NCBI GenBank assembly: GCA_021613535.1
Contig: CP075493.1
Location: 8,990,001-9,054,000 of the forward strand
Length of the DNA stretch: 64,000 bases
Reading direction: 5' to 3'
Source of the DNA: Adineta vaga
Lineage: Eukaryota; Animalia; Rotifera
Shown here one piece after another: positions 23,051-37,185 of this stretch. Both the position numbers and the translations under genes were made by a program. How positions within the stretch are numbered: position 1 is the first letter of the stretch; each line of letters starts with the position of its first letter. The notes beneath the pieces were generated by a model that saw nothing but the letters and a program-made list of their open reading frames with translations, was not told the DNA's origin and did no database searches.

Positions 23051-26000
23051 CTAAGATGATGCAGCCAATATATTTCGACATTTTTGTAAAGCAAAAAATG
23101 ATGCTTGAACACGTTTTTCAAGTTCAACTAAATCTTGGACAGTTGGTGCTAACGTGTCCAAATGACCTTTCGATGCTGATACTAAAATAACAAAAATTGA
23201 AAAATAAAAACTTTATGTCAAACAAATCGTTTTTCTCTGCCTTCTTGTTTTCGTTTTTCACCATAAGTAACTTTTCCGTCAAATTCATCAACTGGTATAT
23301 CCATTTTTTCATCAGTTTGCGAGATTGTTACACCTATCGAGAATGAATAAAGATCGATTATCTCGCTGCTATCTTACTTACCGAGATGTTCTTCAATATC
23401 GGATAAATAAGTCATTTCCGTATACCATTTACAACAACCATGTTGTTCAACTAATTTTGTATTATGACAATTTTTACCTTTACTTGGACATGTATGATAC
23501 CAGACTTTTTCTGGTACAGTCGAAACAAAACTGATGGCAAGACCCATTCTAAATAAACGAATAAATTAATTTTGATCTGAACTCATTAACAACTACCTTT
23601 CTGCCCGGCCAACACGTCCAATTCGATGAATGTAACTTTCCTTTTCATCAGGTAATGTCATATTAATTACTAAAGAATGAAAATTTAATATTGAAAGTAA
23701 ACTTTTAATTATAATCTTACCAAATGGTAAACCACTAACATCAATACCTCGTGCAGCAACATCTGTACAGATTAAAAATCTAACTTCATTTGCTTTAAAT
23801 CTTTCTAAATTTCGTTGTCGATCATCTGGACTACGATCAGAATGTAAACATACACAAGACAATCGATGATTATTGGCTTTTGGTCCTATTGATAAATTTT
23901 AAAATAGAATAAAATCTGTATTTTTTTTCTTACCGCCGCCTTGTTTAATAAAATATCGTTCAAGATTATCACAATCAAGTTTTGTTCGACAAAATATTAA
24001 AGCACGATCCATTTTAAATTTTTCAATAGCTTGAAGACAATATTCACCTTTAAGAATCTTAATAGCTTCAGAAAAAGTATCTATGACAAAATAAACAAAT
24101 GATTTTTTAGCTAGATTTGTTTTTTTTTCACAATAAAAAGTTTACCTTTAGATTCACTTTGAAAATTTAATTGATCATTTAAATGTACATCATCAGTTTT
24201 GATATGATTACGTAATCCACGCCAGAGTGTATTTTTCTTTGGATCAACAATACATACCTAGTGATCAAACATAATCAAAAAACAGAATGCAATCAAATGA
24301 TTTTGAATGTATGTATGACATACCACATGATGAACAGTTTCTGGTACAGCATCTTGCCCTTTAAGATCGACCCAAGTTGGAAAATGCATAATAGAATCAG
24401 CTAATTTTTTAACTTCAAAATTATGTAATGTAGCTGAACAAACAACCATTTGTAAACGTTTGCCATCTAATGTAATACTTGGCATTTTACGATGTAAATT
24501 CATAATTAAATCTTTGTATCCTTGAGATAATAAACCATCCTAAAAAAGAAAATTTTGATAGCAAAGAATCGAAGATGTGTATGTTTTGTTTTTGTACCGC
24601 TTCATCAAGAATGAAAAATCGCATATGTGATAGATCAATTTCACCACCGCCGATTAATTCATCTAAACGACCAGGTGTAGCAACAATAATATCAACACCT
24701 TGATGTAAAACACGTGTTTGTTCTCCAACGGCGACTCCACCAATAATTACAAGTTCTCTATATTATAAGATTCAATTGAAAAAGAAATATTCTACGATAA
24801 TCATGTCGTATCTTACCGAACTCGAGGATTATCCAAGTATTTTTGAAAGGATTTAATTTGATTCGATGTTTGCTGAGCTAATTCTCGTGAAGGCTACAGA
24901 AATAAGATGTTTTCGATATCTGTTGAAATTGTCACTTACTTCCATAATAATTGCGAGTGGTGCATTGGATGGACGTTGTCTAGCTGCTGCATTACTGGCG
25001 ATGCCTTTGATTTGTGATTCAACAACACATTCTTTTGGTGCTTGATCAATGGATACAGCGCCATTCTAAATATCAATGTTTTCCTCCTGCTTATGACGAG
25101 AAAATATTTTACCGGTAGAACTTTGAAAGGTTGTGCACCAAAGTTAACTCGCACATCACATGATTTCAAACAAACATGAGGAAAAAATGGTTTCTCTTGT
25201 AATGGTCGAGGAATATCAAATGCATGACCAAGATCTTTACCTATATTCACAGAACGTTAACAATACTATTGAAGATGATAGTTAAACAAACCATTTTTGA
25301 AAAATCGTATTTTCATTAGATCAAGATCTAATAAACTTCCAACAACATCATTTACACCATACGTTTCACCATAATCATCAAATTGTTTTGCAAATGCTTT
25401 CTTTGCTGTTCCACCATAACCAAAACCTTGATTATCAGTTCCAAGATCAAGTTGAGCAGCAGGTATTGACCAGCCCACGCGAGCAATACCATTTGTCTCT
25501 GTTTGAGTTATTTCAAAATAGTATTTACCTTAAACATTGCACAATATAGATATATATATTGAAATAGAACAGATGGCTGGAATGTTACCTTTGCCTTTAA
25601 CACCTTTGGTTGATCGAGCACCATTCCAGATGCGTTGATCACGACTTTGACATGTCAAACCATCAGTATCAATTGCTATATATATCATATATTATTTTCA
25701 TACATATATTTCTATTAATAATGTACAAATGAAATTTACCTAGACCATGTAAACGATCATGAAAACTAAGTTGAGCTAGACTTTCTCCAGCAGCTACATT
25801 GGTTTGTTTTGCCGGTCGAGGACCTTTATTTCCTTCTTGAATATCTCTTAATGTTTCATGTACAATTTGTAAAATTGGTAAACAAAATGCACCAGTTTTT
25901 CCACTACCAGTTTCTGCAGCCTATTTTACAACGATCATTTCATGTTTATTATTCTTCATTTCGATCTGTCTTACCATTAGAACATCACCTCCACCTAAAA

Positions 26001-26109
26001 TCATGGGTATAGCTTCACCTTGGACATCAGTTGGTAATAGCCAACCCATTTCATCAACTGCTCGTGCAATTTCAGGTTGAACGCCTAATTCAGTTTCAAA
26101 AGCGTTCAT
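23051..26109 (-). CDS. DDX1: DEAD-box RNA helicase DDX1 (SPRY insertion)
   Basis: [45 protein letters not shown]|AAETGSGKT; SPRY KYYFEI...ARVGWS...[13 protein letters not shown]; LDEA|D; CSATLH; TDVAARGID; [13 protein letters not shown]. Multi-exon; TAG at 23051-23053. Confidence 0.96.
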
Positions 26110-26142
26110 TTTCTTATATCTGAAAAACAAAACAAAATCTAT

Positions 26143-27410
26143 CTAAAATCCCATGATATATTTCACTTCATTCAATGTTTTATCAGCTATTTCTTTCGCA
26201 CGTTCACGTCCATTCTCAAGTATATGTAATAGATGTGAACGATCATTCATTAGTTTTAAATATTCTAAACGTTTTGGACGAAAATGTTCAATAACTATTT
26301 GAGCAAGTTGTTTTTTAAATGCACCCGTGTTTAAATTAGCACGTTGTGCTTCCGTCACAATAGTTTCAGTTGATTGGCCAGTTATACCAGCATAGATATC
26401 AATTAAATTCGAAACACCTGGCCTTTTTTCACGATCATAAGTTATTTGAGAATCGAAATCTGTTAACGCTTTCATCACACGTTCTCGAATTATATTTTCA
26501 TCATCCATAATATCAATACGTGCACGTTCTTCAAAATCAGATTTTGACATTTTTTGTTCAGGACGACGGAGACTTCGAATACGATTTGTTTCCGCTATGA
26601 ATATTGATGAAGAAAAACGAGAAAAGATTAGGTTAAAGATCAGATTGAATACGAACTGGATAACATTTCGGGAACAGGAAATATGTTTTGTTTGTAATAA
26701 TGATAGAATTTTTCAATCATATATGTGCATAATTGTAAATGTGGAATTTGATCTTCACCAATAGGTAAATGAGTTGTTTTGAAGAGAAGAATATCGGCAG
26801 TTTGTAAAACTGGATAAAGAAAAAGACCTAATGGTATCGAATCATCGTCTTTTACTTTTGACTAAAAATAGAACATTTATTTTTTGTACGAAGAAAAGAA
26901 ATGTCTATATACTTTATAGGTTGGAATATGAGCAACTTTTTGAACAGTTGTCAATGTACCAAGTAACCAAGATAATTGAGTATGATGAGGAAGCTAAATG
27001 AAAGATTTTACTATTGCAGCTTCATGACCAAAACATGTTTACTTACATCCGATTGCCGGTAGATAATACTACGTTTGGGATCAATACCACATGCTATTAA
27101 TGATGCTGCTGTTTCTAAAACTGATCTCCTATTTTTTTCCATAATAATAATAATAAAATATATAGTTTTAATTTAATCTTTCGTACCTTAATACATCAGG
27201 TTCACGTGGAACAGTTACAGCATGTAAATCAGCTAACATCACTACTAAATTATCTCCACTATTCTGTAAATCAATCCATTTCTTGACAGCACCTAAAAAT
27301 ACAAAAATTATGAGAGCTACACGCATCATTCGACACAAATTACCTAGATAGTTTCCAATATGTGGAACACTAGATGGTTGTATACCGCAAAGAATACGTC
27401 GCTGAAACAT
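26143..27410 (-). CDS. WARS2: Mitochondrial/bacterial-type tryptophanyl-tRNA synthetase
   Basis: GIQPS...HIGNYLG, ADLHAVT, YPVLQTADILLFK, IGEDQ, KMSKS, PGVSNL, C-terminal MGF*. Six exons splice in frame. Confidence 0.94.
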
Positions 27411-27526
27411 CTGCAAAAAGAAGTTAGATATTTAGCAAAAAAAAAGAAATATACGAATATAGAATGTATTCATATCTTTTTTCTTTTTAAAATAATCAAT
27501 GCAAGAGAATTTTGTAGATGAATGCA

Positions 27527-28862
27527 TCAATGTGTTATATCAGTAAGAATAGCATGAAAAAGTATTTCAGCCGCTTCGATGGCTGTACGACTTTCTATTA
27601 AACTTAATTCATTACCACAAGTATTGTGAGTATTTATTAATTTGGAAAGTTCTAAAAAGAACTAGTACATTAACTTTCAGAGTATTCTCTAATAATGAAA
27701 CTTACCAATAGTCTTCACCAAAATTTGATGAAGAATTGAGATTGATTTTTCACAAGCAGTCTACGTAAAAATAAACAATTCAAAGAACTTATCAAACAAT
27801 CTGATGTAGATCACTTACAATGAGATTTTTCTCTCTATGAAACCAAGCAAGAACTAAAGCGGAAAATGAGTCTCCTGTACCAGTAAAACATCCACTGAGA
27901 TATGGAAAATCAATTCGAAATGTTTGATAATTATTATCTGACTTTTTTGAACTAGCATACATTTGTAACATTGCATTCGTACCACCTGTTTTATCTGCAG
28001 ATATACTAGAAATAATAATATGAGATGGACCTAAACTATGTAAAGATTGTAATGATTGCCAAAGGACATGTTCTTTGTTATTATTATTCGAAGTAAAGTC
28101 AATTTTTCTACCAATAAGTTGTCTAAAGAAAAATCAAGTTGATAACTAACCTCATCATAAGAAAAACATTTTATTTACTCTAATTCAAAATCATTTGGTG
28201 TAACCATATCTGCGAGAGGTAAAATAACATTCTTATAAACTTCAACACAGGATTGATCGACATACTATATAATAAATTAAATCGAATGATTCTCTATGAA
28301 TTCGTATTTACGTACTAATTTACCATTATCACCAATAACTGGATCACAAACTAGAAGAAGTATGATAAATGAACAGAAAAGGGAAATTTTTTTTCTCGTA
28401 ATATTTACGATATCTGACGTGAGGAGATTTCGATTTGATTAGACTGATGTATTCGGCAACAACATGTAATAATTCACCAGAGCCCATATAACCAGTTAAG
28501 ATATAATCATAATCAAAAAGATCATTCGCCATTAAACCTTGAAAAATTGATCGTAGTTCATCAACAGTGAGTCGACTACCTTTGACGACATTGTATCCTA
28601 ATCAGGAATTCATTCAAAAACAATTCAAAATAGAAATAATATGAACCAGTATGATTAGAAAAATGAACTGAATTTATAATATCAACTTCAAAACCATATA
28701 ACTAAACAAATAAAAGCTTACAATTATCAGTTGATTATTACAATTAATTGTAAGAGAAAAACTACCTGTAAGATAAAAGCAGCACATTTATTACCAACAA
28801 ATCCATGAACAACATGACTTTGAATAGATAATACACGTGGTATTCGAAGATTTATTAGACAT
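27527..28862 (-). CDS. PDXK: Pyridoxal kinase; start codon out of frame by 1 nt in this sequence
   Basis: [22 protein letters not shown]|[19 protein letters not shown]|[17 protein letters not shown]. Eight exons; TGA at 27527-27529. The ATG at 28862 needs a +1 shift before about 28840. Confidence 0.92.
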
Positions 28863-29374
28863 ATTGATCAAAACACCTGAATACAGAAACGAAATCTTTT
28901 CTTACTGCAATTATATGAAATTTCCAGTTGTTCTCTTAACTATACTATATTATATGGACTTGGATTCGATAAACCAGAGGTCGCACTCAATCGGAAATTT
29001 CTACCTGACATTGTCATATAATTGAATGCATTGTATGAATATTATATCCTTTACTAAAAAGATTAAATCAATATGTTGATAAGTATCTATCTCATTGAAA
29101 TAAAAGATTTAGTAATACCGAAAATGTACAACGTGATTCTGATATACGAATCTTTTTTGATCAGAAATGAATTAGTTTGTTGGATATCCGATTATTCTTC
29201 TTCTTCTTTGCTAAAGAACATGATTATTTACACGTCTAATACATTTGTATTTGAAAAGATACAAAATATACTATGATCTTAACATATTATTCAAATGTTT
29301 GTTTTTGTTTTCATTAACTATTATTATTACAAACAAGCAACGAAAAAGAAAACAAGAAAAAAAGACAAAAGTTT

Positions 29375-32300
29375 TCATAGAATAGTTTCATAAGCTGGAT
29401 TTGTAATTGTAGAATTTTTTGAAGATGTTTTTGGTGGTGTTTTTTTATATTTCTTTTTAGTTTGACGTTGATCACTGGTTTGTCGTTTCTTTTTCACGGG
29501 TCGTTTCTTTCCGGATGCTGGTGGTGGTCGTTTTCGTCGTCTACCACGAACATTTGGTATTTCATTCATTTCTATTGGAGCATCACCAAAAGCAAGTAAA
29601 AGCACGGAACTTTCATATAATTCTGATGATGTACGTGGAACTCGAGAAACTTTACGACGAATAACTTGCTTTTTTCTTGTTAAATAAGTATGAATATCAC
29701 TGATAACGACAAGACTAGCAATACCAACAATTAACATAATAGCAACAGTCGCAAATGATTTGCTAGCGACTTGTAATAGAACAGTTTCAACATTTCTCTG
29801 TTCACATTGACTGCCATAATATCCATCAAAACAAGAACAAGTATATGAATTAATTTCATCTTGACAAATGCCATGATTTGAACAACGTACACCAACACAA
29901 TCATCCATATTTTCTTCACAATGTTCACCTTCAAAACCTCGTGCACATAGACATTTTTCAATGGATCTGTTATTAATATCAATGATATAAGTCAAAGTTC
30001 CTTCATTAATACAATAACCTAATGGATATTGAGATTGTTCACATTGTTCACCGAATACATATATGGGACAAATACATTTATAACTAATTTCTGATTCTTT
30101 AGGAACATAAGATGGATCATCATAATCTGGTGTTTGTGATTGACAAGTACCTCCATTTAAACATGGATTTTGTCCTTGACATATATCAAAAAAGACTGTA
30201 AATGGTTGATTAAGATCACACGATTGTTTTAGCATATGTACACGAGTAAAAACAGGTCCAATACGAATCGGTGGACGGTCACCATAACGAATTGTTCCTT
30301 AAATTAAAAACAAAATTAAAAAACAAGCAAAGTGAATTATTTTTCCCTATACCATTCTTTGTAAGATTTAAATTAATTTGTAAATTTGTGTCATTTGTGC
30401 AAAATTTACTATCAAAAAATAGTTCAGCTGTTTCAGAATCCACTTGTGTAACATGAATATTCATGTTATCTGATTTTGTAATATCCATTTGAAATTGTTC
30501 ACTTTTAACGTGACCAATAACAACATCCGAAGAGACTTGATTTGTCAGATTATTTGTTAAATTCATGGCTAATGTAAATTGTTTGGTATGAATCTGATCA
30601 ACGTGTAAATTAATTGGACTTCCAACAATATTTGTTGTGAAACGATCTGCTTCAATCTTTGTTATGGATAAATTAGTAGTTGCATTTGAATTGGATGAAT
30701 CTGGTAATACAATATCAAGAACAATGCTTTCATTTGTTTGTAGAGAAAGATTCCAGGATGATGCTGGAAGATCAGATAGATCAAAACTAATCAATCGTTG
30801 ACTCGAAGAATTCGATGTATTCGTAAAAAGTTGGTGAAGTAATTCGTTTGATAGAAGTGTTCTTGATAGGTTTCTAGCTAATGATGGTTTGGATGTGGTT
30901 ATTTGTTGATCTCGAAGAGGATTTAATTTAGAATACCACGTCGTAAATGGTGATTTAATCAAATCTTTCTCATTGGTTGTAGTTAGTAGAACTGTACTGG
31001 TTTCCATTGTCGTCGTGCGTTGTGTTGTAATTTCTACGTTTGGAGAAGTCATTGTTGGCGTATCAGTTTGATGTGAAACTGTTGTTGAATGATCAGATTG
31101 AGAGGAAGCACTTGTAATCACAAGAGTACTATAATCCGATTCAGAATTGGAAATATCAGAGAAAATCGTCGATGTTTCGTCTGTATAGGACTGAGTAGAA
31201 GTGTATACTTCGGAATATTCATCGGTTACCACTGATGAGAATGGTGACGATTCTTCTGACCATAATTGTGTCGAATTAGAATCATCGAAATATTGATCAT
31301 TCATCGGTGATGAAAAAGTTGATGAAACTTCTGACGAAGATGGAATTGAGCTGTACTCCTCCAATTCCTGATTATTAGTCGATATGGAAGCTTCAGTCGA
31401 AGTTAGAGAGTATTCTTCGGAAAAATGGTCGGTAAGTAAAGTTGAAAGAATTGTTGACGATTTCTGTAAAGATTCAGTAGAAATCAGATTTGAAGTATAT
31501 TCTTCTGTATATATGGTAGTGATCGTTGTTGAGAAAGTCGATGGTATAAATGTTGTTTCTGATGTTATAGAATCAGTTGTCGAGGAAGTCATTTGATCTG
31601 TTGCTATCGTGCTTGGCAGAAGTGTAGATGGTTCATTTGTCGTCTGAATTATCGTAGTCGAATCGAGACTAGTGCTAGTAGTAATTAGAGTTGTCATATA
31701 TGTTTCATAATCAGTAGTTCGTGATTCTTTGGTCATTGTAGATACGGATGATGTTTCGAAAATACGGTTTGAAGTTGGTAATGTAATTAGATTATCAGTT
31801 GTTGTCGTCATTTGAGATGAAACAATAGATGTGACCATTGGATACGACGTCATCAAGGAGGACGATGATTCTTTCGAAAAAGTACTTCTTGAACTTTGCT
31901 CCGTAATAACTGTTGTTGCACTCGATGTACTAGTTTGTAATGTGCTCACAGACGGTGGTTGTGTAGTCGTGAGAACTTTTTCTGTAGTGTCTAGTTCTAA
32001 AAATTGTTTTGATGATAAAAATGAATTTAGTTGTGTTGAAATGGCTTTCGAAAGTGCAGGTGCGTGAAAATGATGTGAAGATATAACGGGTGTGCTAGAC
32101 ATAAAAGACAATAATGGTGAGTGCAAGTTTACAACATCACTATTTTCTATTGATATTGATAAAGAATCTTTATGAATAATTTTATCATCCAAATCATTAT
32201 CAACAGAATCAGTTGCTATCATCGGTAAATATGTAGTCGTTTGATACGTATGATCAAAATCATCAATTCTATCTGTATTGAGCGAATGTGTAATTGACGG

Positions 32301-35300
32301 TATTGTTGAAGTAGAATCAACTTGTATATGATGGTTAAATGATGATGCTTCGGATGTTTCATCCATTAAATTATTATCCGTATTTGCTAACGATGACTGA
32401 ACTGGTGTGTTTATGTCATGAATATCAGTAGGCTGTCTAGTATTTTCATCAGATGAGATTGACCAAACTTGCGTTGTAATTATGGTATCCACATTCGCAT
32501 AACTTTCTTCTGTTATTACTTCTTGTGTAAATTTCATAGATGATAAAAAATCACTGTCAGAGACAGATTGCAATGGTAGATTAGTATGATCGGTAGTGGA
32601 AGATGTTTCACTAGATAAAATAGTCATTTCGAATGGATTCGTCAACAAAATTGTTTCTATCGAACTACTCAATGATGTGGATGAAGGATAATGTTGTGTG
32701 GACATTTCAGTCGGCAATGATAATACAGTAGTTGTTTTTTCTATAGAACTACGTGAAGTTCGTTGATTATTTTCAGTCTGGCGATCGTCATTGACAGTTG
32801 TTGTTTGTATAGTCGTTGGCAATAGAGAAGTCAATGTATCCGTAGATAAAGATATATCATTCATAAACGTAATTGAAGTCTGAGAAACCGTTTGTGTACT
32901 ACTCTCAGTTTCACGTGCTATTGTATCTGATGTCAGAAATGTATTAGTAACTGTTGAATCGGCTATATACGCAGTAGATTGTAACGACTGTGTTAGATCA
33001 ATTTGTGAGAAGGGATCTTCGTCAAATGGAGAATCTGTCTTACTGTGCGAATCTATTGTAACACTATCATCATACATGATTGGTTCGGAATATCTATGCG
33101 TTGTTTCATCATTTTCTGAAAGATAATCTTGATCAGATATTGATTCTGTAGTATTATGGATTTCATTTAATAGTGACGTATTATCATATGATACGCTTTC
33201 ATCTACTGTATCATTCTGAAAGTTATCAACAGGAAAAGTAGATGATAAGTGTTCAGTCGAAAAATTGAGTGTATATGAAATAGTATCACTGGTTGGTATC
33301 GTTTCCTCTTTCATGGTATTATTTGTAGATGTTAGTTCCGATGTTTGATATGTAGTAACTGTCGTCAACAACATGGGCGTGTTTAGCATTGGTTTAGCAG
33401 TTCGATTGGTTTTGATCATATTCCAATGTAATGTTCTGTTCATACGAACAACTAGTGACAACAAGGGAAGGTTAGTGAAAGATAAAGCAAGTGATTGTGC
33501 AAGACAATATCAAAAAGCATTAAATTATTTCCTACCAGAACGTGGAGTTGTCGTCGTTGCTAAACTTGGATCTAGAAAAACCACAACAATAACAGCAATC
33601 GAAATGATTGTTTCAAAACCAATATATCATACCAGCAAATGAAAATATGTTGAATAACCATTTAGCTGGTATTTTTCCTGATTGTTTTTTTACTGTTGCA
33701 TATATATAACTCGAAGAATTTATTCTTTCCATAGTAATAGGAAAATCAGATGGTCGCAAAAATATACTTCGTATAGTTGTATATGATTGCATATACATCA
33801 CTAACACCATGGTTTTCGTCGCAATAAACCTGATCAATCATATTTTTACATTTCAAACAAAACAAATGATTATAGAAACTTACAAATGATTACATTCATC
33901 TGTAATTAAACCGAATGGAGATTTGATTGCATTACTTTTAATAATCTTTCCATATCGTATACGAAAATCTTTTGTTACATGTATTTCATGAATAGTATGT
34001 TCTTCTTTATTTGCATAGTATACAACACCAGCTGAAGTTAAAACAGCACTTCCTTCTGTTAATGTATCATTTAAAATAATTGGTTTTCGAATATTTACAT
34101 ATGTACGCATGTCAAAGATTGTATAAATGAGACCAAAAGTTGTTGATACAAATAATAAAGAACGTTTTGTTCCAAAATGATCACGTTTTATAGTGAAACC
34201 ATTAATACGAATATTTGCTCGATCACTACGTATCGTTGAATCAATACATTTCTTATCTTCGAATTGAAGTTTTGTTAAATTGAAACGTACTTCACATACA
34301 CGTATCGATATGATATTAGTTTTCATCCGTGATTCATAAATAAAACATAGATCATAACGATCACCAGTCATTATTGATAAACATGATGATGCATAAACAA
34401 CATTCATTGCTGGAATATGCCCAACAAGACGAGCATCTTGTGCAGTATATACATGTAATTGATATTTTGGTTCCAGAAAAATGAGTAGATCATCGATAGG
34501 AGAATAAGCAAGAAAATTTTGAGTATAACTACGAGAAACATAAGTTAAATTAGACGCTATTTGATGTGGATGATGTTTTCCAGAGAAAAGCATTGCTTGA
34601 ATCTAAACAAGAATCATTCTATAGACGACTACAAGTTTCACAATGAAATTTATACGAGAAGATTTTATCTCTCCAATGATGTATTATCACAGAATAAATG
34701 TCTCACTTAAAGAATACAGATATCAATACGAAAATGAGGTGACATGAGGCCACAATATTTCTTCTAATAGAAGTCGACAGAGTTAAATAATCTTGAAACT
34801 ACTAAATCTATAAACATATTCTCGACAAAACTACATATGTCTTACTCCTATGTCAAAATCTTGTGATCTTCTTTTTATCTACCCTCCTTTATATATGTAT
34901 TTTTTTTCAATATTCATTGATGCAAAGGAACACGATAAGGTACATCATTACTTTCACGAGATACTTCAAGAAATTGATTGCGTCTATTCAAATCCTTTAT
35001 TTGTTTTCAACCAATGAAATCGAATCATACATGTGAACATGTTATTCTTTCTATTTATATTCTAATTATTTAACAAACAGATTAGTCGGTAATAATACCC
35101 ATTTGAAACAATTTGTTTCCCTTTCAAAACTCATGTCTACAAAGAGAAAAGTTATATTTTGAGAAGAAGCAAATTGATGTGAGATCATGAAAACTGAAGT
35201 ATTCTTTAGAAATAACTATATAAGATTTTAATTGAATTGAATCATTTCTATAATGAAAAGATTTTTTCTCATATCATAATGATTTCTTTCTTTTTCCTGA

Positions 35301-35604
35301 ATTGAAATGTGAAATGATACAAAACAGGAAATGACAATTCTATGAAAGTGACGTTTTCTTTGGTTTTCAATGAAAGAAAATGATTGAAATTGATATTCAT
35401 CGAACTTACCTTTGCACACATTTGACGACTGGAACCTGGAGTTATGGGTTTAGCTGTATCTAAATATTTCAAAAGATCTCTGTATAAAGAAGTATTAAAA
35501 CGATAATTCTTACCAACAATGAAATTGATTCGAGTTAGTAGAATAATCAAATAAATACTAGCCAAAGAATTAAATTTATACCAATCAAAAGTTTCAACTT
35601 GCAT
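29375..35604 (-). CDS. Large type-I membrane protein: signal peptide, NHL/beta-propeller-like domain, Ser/Thr mucin stalk, beta-repeat region, 3 EGF-like repeats, TM, basic tail ending NPAYETIL
   Basis: Exons about 35604-35410, 34602-33884, 33829-33633, 33571-33535, 33454-30352, 30297-29375 with consistent phases. IKSPFGLITDECNHLFIA is NHL-like; EGF motifs CLNGGTC, CINEGT, CSNHGIC; TM SFATVAIMLIVGIASLVVI. Confidence 0.82.
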
Positions 35605-37185
35605 TCCGAAGTTGAAGTATTGATTAAGGAATAGAATTAATAGTTATTATTGTTGGCAATACTATTGATCTGAACATGCATGAGAACGTCTTTGAGTTAT
35701 TATTGATCGATATGACGATATGTGTACTGCGTGTCAATGTCATAATATTGTTTTTTTCCTTCGTTTGGGAGTTAACATATATGTTGCATTAGAAGTCGAT
35801 TGTTATTCAATGAACGTACGGGAAAATATTTTCTGTCCCTCCTTTTTTTCTTGCTGACTAGTTCTCTCGTTTTTTTTCTTCTTTTCTTTTCGCTAAGCCT
35901 TCATCATTTATTCTAGACAAAGTCAAATGCACGTCGAGTGATTACTCGATAAATTAAAATATGGTTCGGTTAGAGAATAAGAAAAACTCGTCATCATTGT
36001 TGTTCTCGTCTCTTGAGAAGTTCCAGTTCACAAGTTTGTAAATGTTCAATAGTTAAATACAAAGAAAAAAAAGAAACTAATCTACTTAAAAAAGAAATCA
36101 TTTAAGAATAAACTAAAACGAGATAATAAAAAAATAAAATTTTAAATGTTTAGTGTTTTCAAAAATTTCATTTTCTTTCTTTCTATGTATTTCATTCAAA
36201 ACAAAAATAACACGTATCCTCTAAAGAATAGATCATATATTTTTCTTCTATGATTACACAAGAGAATATCTAAGCACCTCCATTTATAAAATTCTTCTAT
36301 TTTTGTTTTTTATCCCATCCAAAATTTATACTTTACTGTGAAAGATACAATTAAAACTTATTAATCATCGACACATTTGTTTTTATTAGTAAAGTTGACT
36401 TTTCTCTATGTGGGCATATATGAATCAATTAGAATTAAACAATAAACAGCAATACTTCTGCTCTTTCTATATAAAGATAGATAGATAAATAGAAGAAAAG
36501 GTTTATTCTACTCGAAAAACCTTGATTTGATTGCATTCATTCAAAAATAGTTACTTTTTTTTATCAATCGAATCAATATGTAGGACAAGAATTGATTGAA
36601 TTCTCGAATGGATATAAAGATGAAACAAATAATTATCGAATTGACCTTATTATTGTTGGCTTTTATTAAAAACATTCAAAACTAATAAAAGAACAATCAA
36701 TGACGCGTTCCGTCGGTAAATTCTTGCATGCTTAATAAGTATATAAAATAAATAAACCTAAAAATATGATTATCGATTTGAGGACAAACAAAGAATGCAA
36801 GGAGAATACTAACACGAAATAGATACTGAATATTTCATTGAGGAAAAATGGTTTTGTACATTACAAATTCAAGCTAAGAAAACAATGATTAGTAATTTAT
36901 AACCACTAATTCGGCGGTAGAAATCACTTTAATAGAAAGATTTTTAATGAGTGTTTCTTCATGTCTTACCCGATTGAAACTATTTCTGACGGATCACAAT
37001 GCTATGCTCGTTTTTGAATATGAACTTCTACTAGTCTCACATGAAAACCGGCACAAAATTCTAATTTATCAAAAAATACTTTCAAGCAAATCAAAAATTT
37101 CTGAAGATCCGTTATTTCTCTCATATATAAGTATTGAACAGAGGTATATCACAAATTATTCTATAGAGCAACAAATAAAAACATA

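Noticed and set aside
35180-35200. TGAGATCATGAAAACTGA resembles bantam miRNA
   Set aside because: Three bases shorter than the mature sequence I recall, and no complementary arm for a hairpin.
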